A DNA stretch of 64,000 bases from Chryseolinea sp. (GTDB lineage: Bacteria; Bacteroidota; Bacteroidia; Cytophagales; Cyclobacteriaceae): assembly GCA_965227495.1 (NCBI GenBank), contig OZ245766.1, positions 5,580,536 to 5,644,535 of the forward strand. Reading direction: 5' to 3'. A model generated the notes under the pieces. The model was not told the DNA's origin. It saw only the letters and a program-made list of their open reading frames with translations, and did not search any database. Shown in pieces: positions 34,230 to 43,919 of this stretch (position 1 is the stretch's first letter; the number at the start of each line of letters is the position of its first letter). A program made the position numbers and the translations under genes.

Positions 34230-34955
34230 TCAGTTCCGTTTATTCGCAGCTAAATTATCTAACATAATGTAGCCATGAGAAATTAAATGGACAATGCTTG
34301 AAGGTAATAATTCAACGGCCGGAGAAGAAAGAGTTTTTTGTATGATATCCGTTTTCTTTTCTCCGTTCGCCATCAGTATAGGTAACTTCGCTTCACGAAA
34401 GTGTTTCAGTCCTAAGGTAATGCCTTTGTCCAGTCTGGTTGATCCCGGAAAATATTTCTGCCCAACCTTTTTTGTTTCTTCTGCCAATGTACTGATGTGT
34501 GCATCCATGTTAAAAGATGTGCCAGGTTCATTCATCGCAATGTGTCCATTGGTTCCAATACCCACTAACATAATATCCAGTCCATCATGCGATTCAATAA
34601 ATGTATTCATACTCCTGACTTGCAATTCAAGATCATCAGTTAATCCATTGAAGAATTTAATTTGTGATGAAGGTATTTGAAGAGGATTGAAAAAATCCAC
34701 GTCCATCATCTCTCGACACGATCCCTTTTGAGATGCCGCTACGCCAATCCATTCATCAAGACTAACAAAAATACATTCACTTATATCAAGACGATTTGAT
34801 TTCACATCTTCGACTAAACATTCGAACACGCCTCGGGGTGTATGGCCTGATGCAAGACAAATGATTGAATCACGTTTTGAGTTAATGTATTCTACAATTA
34901 AGTCAGCTGTTGCGCGGGATAGCGTGGCGTAATCGGGATATTGTTTGACTTTCAT
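34230..34955 (-). CDS. nagB: Glucosamine-6-phosphate deaminase / 6-phosphogluconolactonase family protein (NagB-like)
   Basis: 241 aa. The motif MLVGIGTNGHIAMNEPG matches the NagB GIGxNGHIxFNEPG signature. Confidence 0.65.
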   Translation of the reverse strand: MKVKQYPDYATLSRATADLIVEYINSKRDSIICLASGHTPRGVFECLVEDVKSNRLDISECIFVSLDEWIGVAASQKGSCREMMDVDFFNPLQIPSSQIKFFNGLTDDLELQVRSMNTFIESHDGLDIMLVGIGTNGHIAMNEPGTSFNMDAHISTLAEETKKVGQKYFPGSTRLDKGITLGLKHFREAKLPILMANGEKKTDIIQKTLSSPAVELLPSSIVHLISHGYIMLDNLAANKRN

Positions 34956-34991
34956 AGTAATTAATGCACTATCATTTCTAAATAAAATACA

Positions 34992-35113
34992 TTCACGCTA
35001 AGGCGCTAAGCAAATTAAGCAAAGATCGGAAAGCAATTCCAAAAACAAATTGATGTATTCTTATGGGCCTTTCTTCGCGAGCTTGGGCTTAAGGCTTGGC
35101 GTCTTTGCGTGAA
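34992..35113. repeat. REP/MITE-like imperfect palindromic element (copy B, same family as 25246-25361)
   Basis: Termini ttcacgctaaggcgctaagc ... gcttaaggcttggcgtctttgcgtgaa. Read on the minus strand, both copies start TTCACGCAAAG(T/A)CGC(A/C)AAG. Intergenic, 22 nt after the TolC stop. Confidence 0.7.
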
Positions 35114-35135
35114 ATTGAATTTTCTAATAGAAAGT

Positions 35136-36572
35136 TTAATCAATTGCCCTTTCCAACATGCCGCCCGTCAGGCGAATGAGATTCGTTTGTGCAGCCAGCA
35201 CACTATAAAGCGCTAAATATTTTTCAAGGGCAGCGTTTCGATAATTTTCCTGAACGATGCGCAAGTCGATAGCGCTGAGTGCTCCGTTTTTATAGCGTTC
35301 ATTTGCCAACGTTAAATTCAGTTGGGCTGCTTTCATTTTTTCAACCGTGATAGCAACGAGCTGTCTGCGAAGATTGTATAAATCAAATGTTGAAAGCAAA
35401 TCATATTCCAACGAAAGTTTTAATTGATCGATTGAAAGCAACCCAATCTTCTCGTTGATCTTTGCATTCTCAACTGACCTTCTTATTTGTCCACCATTAA
35501 ATAAAGTCCAGCGAAGGCTAAGGTTTGCGTATGCTCCATACGAATTTCCAGTCAATGTCTGATTCGTAAGCGTGGATTGATAGTTATACACTGGCTGACT
35601 TAAATCTCCATCTACATATCCTACCGTACTCGTTAGCGCGTTGGTCGATGATCGGAAGTCAGCGTTTAACTGATCCAAACTCCCATTCCCTCCCACATTC
35701 AAAACAAGTGATGGATATAAATTGGATTGCTGTAGCCGCGTTGTGTTCCGCAAAATTTCCTGATTCACAAATTGGTTGTGCAAATTCGTATTCGATCGCT
35801 CCATGGTCGATCTTAAATCATCATACACATATGCCTGATCAACAAAGTGAAGTGAATCCGTTAAGACATAGGTTCGATTAATACTATCACTCAACAACAA
35901 GTTAAGACTGCGCAACGTGTTGGCATAGCGGATCTCTTGTTGCAATACATTGGCTGAATCCGTAAGATAATTGTTTTGTTCTTGCAACACATCGAAGGTA
36001 ATCGCTCCTCCGAGCGACTTGCGCAAGCGTACAAACTCGTATCGTTCTTTTGAAAATCCACGGTTGATGCGCAGTACATTTAAATTCTCTTTGTCCAGCA
36101 ACGCTTGATAATACGCGAGGATAATACTCTGCAGCGTAGTCTCCATTACAAAAGTAGAATTGCCATGACTGATTTCTTCTAGTCGCTGGAGCTGATCCTT
36201 GGTAACGCTAATGGCAAACCCACGAAACAATGTAAACTGAATATCGAGTTGACCAATGAGGTTGTCATTTATGTTTTGACCAGCAACTGCGAAAGGGTTG
36301 GCTGGCTTTCGTTGAATAACATTGTTGTTTTGGTTCAGACTCAAGTTGATGGTTGGGTATCGCCCTGCCTGACCCCAATTATTATTGTTTGCTGCGATAT
36401 CAATATTCTGTTTTGTAATCTGGATATCGAAATTGTTTTTAAGTCCCAGTTCAATGGCACGCGTCAACGTTAATGCTTCCTGCGAAAATGCAGCTTGTGA
36501 TAACAGTGCAAAAAAAACAATTCCTAAAACTCTTGTCATGCTTCTTTTATCAAACCTTGTGTGATATTCCAT
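35136..36572 (-). CDS. TolC-family outer-membrane efflux protein
   Basis: 478 aa with a signal peptide. Two-fold repeated coiled-coil/beta architecture. Last gene of the adaptor - RND - OMF operon. Confidence 0.85.
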   Translation of the reverse strand: MEYHTRFDKRSMTRVLGIVFFALLSQAAFSQEALTLTRAIELGLKNNFDIQITKQNIDIAANNNNWGQAGRYPTINLSLNQNNNVIQRKPANPFAVAGQNINDNLIGQLDIQFTLFRGFAISVTKDQLQRLEEISHGNSTFVMETTLQSIILAYYQALLDKENLNVLRINRGFSKERYEFVRLRKSLGGAITFDVLQEQNNYLTDSANVLQQEIRYANTLRSLNLLLSDSINRTYVLTDSLHFVDQAYVYDDLRSTMERSNTNLHNQFVNQEILRNTTRLQQSNLYPSLVLNVGGNGSLDQLNADFRSSTNALTSTVGYVDGDLSQPVYNYQSTLTNQTLTGNSYGAYANLSLRWTLFNGGQIRRSVENAKINEKIGLLSIDQLKLSLEYDLLSTFDLYNLRRQLVAITVEKMKAAQLNLTLANERYKNGALSAIDLRIVQENYRNAALEKYLALYSVLAAQTNLIRLTGGMLERAID

Positions 36573-36604
36573 TCAACTAAAAATCGGTATGTGTAAAATG
36601 TGCT

Positions 36605-39600
36605 TTAATCAATATGAACTCTACCTTCTTTTCCGCTGAAATAAGAATAGATAGCCGGGATTACAAAAAGTGTAAGCACCGTTGCAAAAGCCATTCCTCC
36701 AATTACAGCAATACCCATTGACACGCGGCTTTCTGATCCGGCTCCGAGGGCTAAGGCAATTGGTAATATCCCCAGCATCGTTGCAAGACTTGTCATAATA
36801 ATCGGGCGGAAGCGTGACTCCGCAGCACCAATTACAGCATCCATTACTTTTAGACCTTGTTCCTTGCGCTGGTTAGCAAACTCAACAATCAGAATTCCAT
36901 TCTTTGTTACCAATCCAATCAACATGATAATACCGATCTTACTAAAAATATTTAATGTTTGATCGAAGTACCAAAGAGACAATAGTGCTCCTGCTACAGC
37001 GAGTGGTACGGTAAACATAATGATGAGTGGATCTTTAAAACTTTCGAACTGACCTGCGAGTATTAAATAAATAATGGCAAGTGCAATTAACAGTGCTAAA
37101 TAAATGCTTGAAGAACTTTCTGTGAACTCACGCGAAGCCCCATCTAAACTGGTCGTATAGGTTTCATCCAACACTTCGCTGGCAATGCGTTCCATTTCTT
37201 CTATTCCCTCTCCCAATGCAACACCTTTTGCCAACTGTGCGCCTACCTTTGCCGATGAATATCGGTTGAAGCGATATAGTTGTGGCGGTCTGCTTTGTTC
37301 CTCCATGGTAACAAGATTATCGAGTTGAATTAATTCTCCTCGTTTGTTTTTTACATAAAGTGTTTTCAAATCCAACGGCTCGTCACGATCGGCCCGTTCT
37401 ACTTGTCCGATGATTTGATACTGCTTACCATCCATAATAAAATATCCAAATCGTGCGCCACTCAAACCAAGTTGAAGCGTTTGTGAGATGTCAATAATGT
37501 TCACGCCTAAGTTTCTCGCTTTGTCACGATCGATTGAAATATTGATTTCAGGTTTATTAAATTTCAAATCAAGATCCACAAAGCCAAACTTTGGACTTTG
37601 TGACACCTTTAACATAAACTCAGGCAATACTTTTTTCAGTTTGTCAATCTCTGGCGCTTGAATTACAAACTGAACCGGAAATCCTCCCCTTCGATCACCA
37701 ATGGTTTGTGCCTGCGTAATTGATGTTCTGACACCACTGTATTTGCGAACTTTTCCAGTAACATCGTCTACAATTTCTTGTTGAGTTCTGGTACGGTCAA
37801 CCGGATCTTTCAGAATAACACGCACAAAGCCTGTGTTAGCCGCTGAACCGCCAGAGCCTGGGGCTGTCACGCTAACCATACCAGCACGTTCAGGAACTTC
37901 TTTGTTGATGAATTCGGTCAGCTCTTTTATGTATCCATCCATGTATTCGAAAGTAGCACCTTCAGGTGCTTGTGCCTGCAATCTGAATTCGCTTCGATCT
38001 TCCATAGGGGTAAGTTCGGAAGGAAGAATTATAAAAAAGAGATAAATCAAACCAACCGAAGTCGCAATGATGACAAAGGCCATCCAGCGCATCTTCATAA
38101 AACCTGCTAATGATTTTGAATAACCTTCTGTAAGCTTTACAAAGAAGGGTTCCGTCTTATTGTAAAACCAATTGTGCTTTTCTCTTCTCTTCAAAATAGT
38201 GGCACTCATCATTGGCGTGAGTGTAAGCGATACGAATGCACTAATTGCTACTGCGCTCGCTACTACCAATCCGAATTCCCGAAACAATCTGCCTGTAAGT
38301 CCTTGAAGAAAAATCACCGGAAGGAAAACGGCAATAACCGCTACCGTTGTAGAGATGACGGCAAAATAAATTTCAATTGAACCCTTTCGAGCTGCTTCTT
38401 TTGGTTCTTCACCTTCTTCAATTTTTACATAAATATTTTCCAATACTACGATGGCGTCATCTACCACAAGACCAATGGCCAACACTATTCCTAAAAGTGT
38501 AAGCACATTAATCGTAAACCCCAAGAGGTACATAAAAAAGAAGGAGCCGATAAGAGAAATAGGAATGGTTGCAATTGGAATAATCGTTGTGCGCCAGTCG
38601 CGCAAAAAGAGAAAGATGATCGCCAGTACTAAACAAAAGGCGATGATGATGGTTTCTTCCACTTCAAAAATAGAAGCACGAATGTATTCTGTTGAATCAT
38701 AGCTCATCGTGTATTCAATGTCCTCGGGCAAATCGCGTTTGATCTGTTCAATTTTTTTATTGAGTCGTTCCGATATGTCAATGTTATTTGCTCCTGGTTG
38801 AGCAACAACAGCAATAGCAACACCAGGTACACCATCTCTTCGCAATATCGTACGATCATTTTCAGGATAGAGCTGTGCATGACCAATGTCTTTGAAACGT
38901 ACTACCTGATCGCCATCTTCCTTTACAATAAGATTATCAAAATCTTCTACGGTGCTGAGTCTACCCATAGTGCGCACGGTAAGTTCCGTGCTTTGTCCTT
39001 CGACACGACCTGACGGAAGCTCTACGTTTTCACGATTCACGGCTTGCAATACATCGGATGGTGCAAGCTTTAAGGATGCGAGTTTAATCGGATCCATCCA
39101 TAAGCGCATCGAGTAGCGCTTCTGTCCCCAGATTCCCACAGAGCTTACACCCGGTATAGTTTGAATTCTTTCCTTGAAAACATTTTCAGCAAACTTCGAG
39201 AGTTCGAGCGGATCGCGCTTATCACTCTGAATAGTCATAAAAATAATCGGGCTTGAATCGGCATCTGCCTTTTCTACAACGGGTGGATCAACATCCGGTG
39301 GAAGTCGACTTAATGCACCTGATACTTTATCGCGTACATCATTCGCTGCAGTTTCCAAATCAACACCCAGCTCAAATTCTACTGTGATGTTGCTTCGTCC
39401 TTCACGGCTCGTGGAGGTAATTCCGCGAATACCTGGAATACCATTTACCGCTTCTTCGAGCGGTTCAGTAATTTGTGATTCAATTACATCGGCATTGGCA
39501 CCAACATAATTTGTTGAAACTGTAATGATAGGAGGATCAACGCTTGGGAATTCGCGCACCCCTAAGAATGAAAATCCAATAACGCCAAAAAGAATAATGA

Positions 39601-39661
39601 CCAGCGACATTACAATCGCCAGCACCGGACGGTTAATACTTATGGTGGATAAACTAGCCAT
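36605..39661 (-). CDS. RND efflux pump inner-membrane transporter (AcrB/AcrD/AcrF family)
   Basis: 1018 aa with 12-TM RND architecture. The N-terminus SINRPVLAIVMSLVIILFG and motifs such as VVDDAIVVLENI are typical. Confidence 0.92.
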   Translation of the reverse strand: MASLSTISINRPVLAIVMSLVIILFGVIGFSFLGVREFPSVDPPIITVSTNYVGANADVIESQITEPLEEAVNGIPGIRGITSTSREGRSNITVEFELGVDLETAANDVRDKVSGALSRLPPDVDPPVVEKADADSSPIIFMTIQSDKRDPLELSKFAENVFKERIQTIPGVSSVGIWGQKRYSMRLWMDPIKLASLKLAPSDVLQAVNRENVELPSGRVEGQSTELTVRTMGRLSTVEDFDNLIVKEDGDQVVRFKDIGHAQLYPENDRTILRRDGVPGVAIAVVAQPGANNIDISERLNKKIEQIKRDLPEDIEYTMSYDSTEYIRASIFEVEETIIIAFCLVLAIIFLFLRDWRTTIIPIATIPISLIGSFFFMYLLGFTINVLTLLGIVLAIGLVVDDAIVVLENIYVKIEEGEEPKEAARKGSIEIYFAVISTTVAVIAVFLPVIFLQGLTGRLFREFGLVVASAVAISAFVSLTLTPMMSATILKRREKHNWFYNKTEPFFVKLTEGYSKSLAGFMKMRWMAFVIIATSVGLIYLFFIILPSELTPMEDRSEFRLQAQAPEGATFEYMDGYIKELTEFINKEVPERAGMVSVTAPGSGGSAANTGFVRVILKDPVDRTRTQQEIVDDVTGKVRKYSGVRTSITQAQTIGDRRGGFPVQFVIQAPEIDKLKKVLPEFMLKVSQSPKFGFVDLDLKFNKPEINISIDRDKARNLGVNIIDISQTLQLGLSGARFGYFIMDGKQYQIIGQVERADRDEPLDLKTLYVKNKRGELIQLDNLVTMEEQSRPPQLYRFNRYSSAKVGAQLAKGVALGEGIEEMERIASEVLDETYTTSLDGASREFTESSSSIYLALLIALAIIYLILAGQFESFKDPLIIMFTVPLAVAGALLSLWYFDQTLNIFSKIGIIMLIGLVTKNGILIVEFANQRKEQGLKVMDAVIGAAESRFRPIIMTSLATMLGILPIALALGAGSESRVSMGIAVIGGMAFATVLTLFVIPAIYSYFSGKEGRVHID

Positions 39662-39736
39662 GCCGATTTTAAATTTACGAATTATGATTTTTGCTACGCC
39701 TCTTTAAACTATGCTTTACAAGCTTGTCGCTTGTCA

Positions 39737-40813
39737 CTATTTGTCAACACTATTCACCTTTGTTACCTGAACAGCCATACCTTCACGAAGCTGAAGAATA
39801 CCTGTCGTAATAAGTGAATCTCCAGGCTTTAATCCAGAAGTGATTTCAAGGTTTGTTTCGGTACGCATACCGGTTTCGACTTTCACTTCTTTTGCTTTGC
39901 CTCCCTCTATAATAAAAACTTTATGGTTGTTAAGATCCGGAATCACGGCCTCAGTGGGAACCAATATTGCATTGCTTACCGAGGACAAGATCAAACCTAC
40001 TTTCACAAACTGACCGGGTAACAAAAGACCCTTTGAGTTTTCAGCAATGGCGCGAATTTTTAATGTGCGTGTTGTTGGATCAATTCGAGGTTCGATAGCG
40101 TATACCTCTCCTTCAAAATCCTGAGTATCATTTTCGATTGTGAAAAGAATTTTTTGCCCAGGTCTTACTTGCGTGCTATAACGGCCTGGCACAGCAAATT
40201 CAATCTTAGCAGGACTGATATTATATAGAGTGGCAACTATTGTACTCGGTGTGATGTATGCTCCATCACTAATGTAACGTAATCCTATAACACCATCGAA
40301 TGGTGCAATGATTTGAGTTTTATCTAATTGCGCTTCGAGAAGTTTAAGATCCGCAGTGTTGGTATTCAGTCGATTCAACGCATTATCATATTCTTCCTGA
40401 CTGATGGCGTCTTTCTCTAACAACTTGCGCTGTCTGTTCTCAATATCCTGATTTAACTTTTGATTGTATTTCTCCTTCTCTAATTGTGCACGAATTTCTT
40501 CATCATTAATCTGCAGCAACAACTCGCCTTTCTTCACACGCTTACCTTCCTTAAAGTAGAGCCCTGTAATCTTACCCGACTCTTCACTTGTCAATTCGAG
40601 GGATTCATTCGCCAGTACTGAACCTGTAACCACAAGTTTATTGTCGAGCGCACCTGATTTAACAAGCTGCACTTCAATAGGAAGTTTACCAGCAGCTTGT
40701 GTTGGGGTAACTGTAGCCGATGCTTTATCATCACTGAACAAATGTAATTTAGGCAAGGCCAATAAAACAATAACGCCTACTAAAGCAATGATGGTGATGA
40801 TTTTCTTATTCAT
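39737..40813 (-). CDS. RND efflux periplasmic adaptor (membrane fusion protein)
   Basis: 358 aa. N-terminal anchor, coiled-coil hairpin region (EIRAQLEKEKYNQKL...LEAQLDKTQIIAPFDG), then barrel domains. Confidence 0.88.
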   Translation of the reverse strand: MNKKIITIIALVGVIVLLALPKLHLFSDDKASATVTPTQAAGKLPIEVQLVKSGALDNKLVVTGSVLANESLELTSEESGKITGLYFKEGKRVKKGELLLQINDEEIRAQLEKEKYNQKLNQDIENRQRKLLEKDAISQEEYDNALNRLNTNTADLKLLEAQLDKTQIIAPFDGVIGLRYISDGAYITPSTIVATLYNISPAKIEFAVPGRYSTQVRPGQKILFTIENDTQDFEGEVYAIEPRIDPTTRTLKIRAIAENSKGLLLPGQFVKVGLILSSVSNAILVPTEAVIPDLNNHKVFIIEGGKAKEVKVETGMRTETNLEITSGLKPGDSLITTGILQLREGMAVQVTKVNSVDK

Positions 40814-40878
40814 GTATTCGTAATGGTCTACTTTCTACCTCTGTGATAATGCCGCGCGAAGAAAAGCGCGTGATGGAG

Positions 40879-41484
40879 TCAGGCTTTGTTCGCGATGAGC
40901 TTCTGGTGCAGTTCAAGAACCTGCGGAATTAACAATTGGTTCTCATCATTGTAAAGAATAAAATCGGTACGGTTCAATTTTTCCTTTTCAGCCATTTGAT
41001 TCTTCATGATGTCTTTCACCAGTTCTTCTGTGCGATGTGCATCACGCGATAACACTCGCTTTATACGAAGATCTTCCGGTGCGTGCACCACAATGATTTT
41101 ATCAAGCTCTTTATTCGAACCCGCCTCAAACAAAAGTGCAGCTTCCTTTAAAACATACGGATGATGATCATTGTTCTTCACCCACATTACGTAATCTTCT
41201 TTTACTCTCGGATGAACCAAATTATTCAGTTTCTTCAGCTTCTCCGGATCATTAAAAACAGTCTCACCGAGATAGTTTCTATTCACCGAACCATCAGCAT
41301 TATAAGACAAGTGTCCGAATTCTTTTTGGATGTTGGATATGAGTATTCCATCGGTGGTCATTAATGCTTTCGCATGGCTGTCTGCATCGTATATGGGAAT
41401 TCCAAGGCATTGAAAAATCTTACACACGAGGCTTTTACCTGATCCAATTCCTCCGGTAATACCAACTTGATAAGGAGTTTTCAT
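40879..41484 (-). CDS. coaE: Dephospho-CoA kinase
   Basis: 201 aa with P-loop GITGGIGSGKS at the N-terminus. Confidence 0.9.
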   Translation of the reverse strand: MKTPYQVGITGGIGSGKSLVCKIFQCLGIPIYDADSHAKALMTTDGILISNIQKEFGHLSYNADGSVNRNYLGETVFNDPEKLKKLNNLVHPRVKEDYVMWVKNNDHHPYVLKEAALLFEAGSNKELDKIIVVHAPEDLRIKRVLSRDAHRTEELVKDIMKNQMAEKEKLNRTDFILYNDENQLLIPQVLELHQKLIANKA

Positions 41485-41487
41485 GCG

Positions 41488-42432
41488 CTAGAATTTTACA
41501 AGCACAGAGTCAGCTTTGATGACGTGAGTAAACGGAGGAATACCTTGTAAAACAGGGAGCACTTTTATTTCTCCACGTTTAAAATCTTTTAAATCCACAA
41601 CAGCATGGACAGAATCTGCCCTATATTGTTTCATTAGTTTTTCGGGGATTGCATAAGTGCATATCCATTGTTTCATTTCGATGTAGGGTCGAGATGACAT
41701 CGTTGCATTCACAATCTTAAGATCAACTGAGTCGGTTATCTCAATCAGTTTATCCACTTTAAATCGCACCGATACTGTTGGAGGATTTCGTTTGATCAGT
41801 TCCTGATTTAAAAATTTAACCTCTACATCGTCTGCAAAATCCTCATCAATATTGCGCTGCAAAATTTTGAGGTTTACAGGAAGCGACAATGCATCGATTA
41901 ATGTAATCGGACCTTCAATATAAATCGAATCAGGTGATACGATGGGGGCACTGCTTATTCCAAATCCTTTACGAAAAAGTATGGAAGGAGTGTCCAGATG
42001 AAGCTTGACTTTGCGTTGCATCTTATGCTCAATCGCGATGTGCAATGTGTCTGTTAAAATGAAATTGATTTCGAATCCATCCAATTGATTCGCAAAAAAT
42101 GCTGGCAACGTGCTGCCTACAATTTTTCGTATTTGTTCCGGATGTTCGAGTGGGATAATGAGGGGCGGAACTTTTAATCCTGTACTTCTTCGAAAGAGAT
42201 TCCACCCCAGGCCGGTAACATTAATCTTTACCTCATTGGGTAAGGGACGAATGGGAATGTAAACATTGTCGTTGTAATCAAACGCCAATGGAAAGCTGAT
42301 GTTGGTGGTGTAGTTTTTATTAAGAGCATTAAAAAACCAAAAGACCGTGGCTGCGAATACACACAGCACCACGGCCTTCCAGTTTTTTTTGTTGAAGCGA
42401 AGTAAGTTGAATATCGATTTGAAAAATCCCAT
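41488..42432 (-). CDS. YbbR-like domain protein (membrane-anchored)
   Basis: 314 aa with a single N-terminal TM. Its position between yajC and coaE is the usual Bacteroidota context for YbbR-domain proteins (from memory). Confidence 0.5.
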   Translation of the reverse strand: MGFFKSIFNLLRFNKKNWKAVVLCVFAATVFWFFNALNKNYTTNISFPLAFDYNDNVYIPIRPLPNEVKINVTGLGWNLFRRSTGLKVPPLIIPLEHPEQIRKIVGSTLPAFFANQLDGFEINFILTDTLHIAIEHKMQRKVKLHLDTPSILFRKGFGISSAPIVSPDSIYIEGPITLIDALSLPVNLKILQRNIDEDFADDVEVKFLNQELIKRNPPTVSVRFKVDKLIEITDSVDLKIVNATMSSRPYIEMKQWICTYAIPEKLMKQYRADSVHAVVDLKDFKRGEIKVLPVLQGIPPFTHVIKADSVLVKF

Positions 42433-42489
42433 TCACAAAAAGTAAAATGTACAAATCAATTTCCTATCGACAATTCAGACAAGCGCTAA

Positions 42490-42804
42490 CTATTTTTTAG
42501 TAGCTGCGGCCTTCGTAGCGTCCGCTGAAATAGCCGATTTGTTGAAGCGAATGCGACCACCTTTTTCTACCTCCAAAACAAATGTATCGCCTTCCAGTTC
42601 GGCTACATAGCCATGTGCACCACCAATGGTAACAACATAATCACCCTTTTTAATGTCATCCGAAAATTTCTTTGCGTCTTTTGCCTTCTTTTGTTGCGGG
42701 CGGATCATAAAGAAATAAAATACTACGATGATACCACCGAAAATAACGAATTGCATCCATGGGTTTGATGCTTGTGCTTGTGCTAAGATTGAATACATAA
42801 TCAA
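42490..42804 (-). CDS. yajC: Preprotein translocase subunit YajC
   Basis: 104 aa with a single TM followed by MIRPQQKKAK, the YajC signature. Confidence 0.88.
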   Translation of the reverse strand: MIMYSILAQAQASNPWMQFVIFGGIIVVFYFFMIRPQQKKAKDAKKFSDDIKKGDYVVTIGGAHGYVAELEGDTFVLEVEKGGRIRFNKSAISADATKAAATKK

Positions 42805-42825
42805 ATTAAATTTTAGGATGGCAAA

Positions 42826-42873
42826 GTTATTAAAATAAACATCCCAATCTACCGTGAAGCAGATTGGGATGTT
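42826..42873 (-). terminator. Intrinsic terminator after the DUF1573 gene
   Basis: Perfect 13-bp stem 42838-42850 / 42861-42873 (aacatcccaatct / agattgggatgtt) with a 10-nt loop. On the minus strand it is followed by UAUUUUAAUAA. Confidence 0.65.
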
Positions 42874-42898
42874 GCGTTATTGTTTTGTTACTGAATAC

Positions 42899-43441
42899 TT
42901 ATTTAACCGGGCCGTTGTCTGGTACAGAGGCTTTTGGCAATACCATTGCTTTGAAGCGCAATACGGTTTGTTTAGGCCAGGTATTCGCTGTTACCGTAAC
43001 GGTTTTGTTTTGCGTGTTTGGCTTTCCGTTGCTGTCAAACTTCGCTTTTATAATGCCCGTTCCACCAACGGGTACTGGTTCCTTCGACCATTCTGGTACG
43101 GTACATCCACATGAACCTTGCGCATTTTGAATGATTAATGGAGCCTCACCTGTGTTTTTAAATTTGTAGATGTACTCTACAACATCACCCTCCTTTATGG
43201 TTCCAAAATCATGGTCAATGGTTTCAAATTCCATTGCCGGTATTGGACCTGTAGGTTTTTCTTCAACTGCTGGAGCTTCAGGTGTAACGGCAGGTGTTGG
43301 CGCAGCGGCCTTTTTACCTTCCAATTCCTGAAGTCTGGCTTCCAATTGTGCAATCTTTTTTTCTGAATCGCGGTTGTTGCAGCCTATTGCTACAAAGGCC
43401 ACCACTGCAGTCATTAAAAGTATTCCCTTCATCGTCTTCAT
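42899..43441 (-). CDS. DUF1573-domain lipoprotein
   Basis: 180 aa. Lipobox VAIGC. DUF1573-like core DFGTIKEGDVVEYIYKFKNTGEAPLIIQNAQGSCGCTVPEW. Confidence 0.75.
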   Translation of the reverse strand: MKTMKGILLMTAVVAFVAIGCNNRDSEKKIAQLEARLQELEGKKAAAPTPAVTPEAPAVEEKPTGPIPAMEFETIDHDFGTIKEGDVVEYIYKFKNTGEAPLIIQNAQGSCGCTVPEWSKEPVPVGGTGIIKAKFDSNGKPNTQNKTVTVTANTWPKQTVLRFKAMVLPKASVPDNGPVK

Positions 43442-43512
43442 AGTCTCTCGTATTATATTATGTTGTTCTGTTTTCTTACTTTATTTTCCTTTGTCCGAAT
43501 GTACTTGGCTCT

Positions 43513-43821
43513 TTAACCTTTCTTGCCACGAATCTGTTCCAATAATTCATCAACATCAAAAAGCAATTGCTCGGCCTTGCCTTTTGCTTCATCTACTACC
43601 TTTTGCCCTTGTGATTTGGCTTCAGTAGTAAGGGGTGTTTCCTTGCCTGAAACGAAGTCATTAATCAATTCTTGTAGCAAACCACGGTATTTATCAAGCT
43701 GAAAAGACAACTTTTCGCGTGTATTTGAGCCTTTGTCGGGGGCATATAGGATTCCCAAAATAGCACCGGCTGCCGCGCCAGCTATAAATGCCATGAGTGT
43801 GCTACCGCTTTTCTTGCTCAT
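43513..43821 (-). CDS. YtxH-domain protein
   Basis: 102 aa. The segment AFIAGAAAGAILGILYAPDKGSNTREKL is the YtxH signature, followed by a coiled tail. Confidence 0.7.
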   Translation of the reverse strand: MSKKSGSTLMAFIAGAAAGAILGILYAPDKGSNTREKLSFQLDKYRGLLQELINDFVSGKETPLTTEAKSQGQKVVDEAKGKAEQLLFDVDELLEQIRGKKG

Positions 43822-43919
43822 AAACTTTCAAATTAAAGTGTGTTGGGATGCAAATTCAAAATTTTAACAATTTTTAACAAATCATTGAAATTGACAATGC
43901 TCCGCTTATCGAATTTCGA

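Noticed and set aside
34294-34680. 128-aa plus-strand ORF antisense to the NagB-like gene; likewise 44263-44643 (antisense to nusB), 50856-51224 (antisense to the M23 peptidase) and 62225-62596 (antisense to prmA)
   Set aside because: These are shadow ORFs opposite genes with strong family motifs. Their sequences are Cys/Ser/Phe-rich and non-globular-looking.
40853-40870. GC hairpin (cgcgc-gaagaaaa-gcgcg) after coaE as a terminator
   Set aside because: The stem is only 5 bp and no U-tract follows on the minus strand. The adaptor gene of the RND operon starts about 40 nt further on, so read-through or a promoter is equally likely.
42854-43130. Two overlapping plus-strand ORFs (86 and 88 aa) opposite the DUF1573 gene
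   Set aside because: They overlap each other in different frames, and both are antisense to a motif-supported lipoprotein gene. The 5-prime part coincides with the terminator hairpin.
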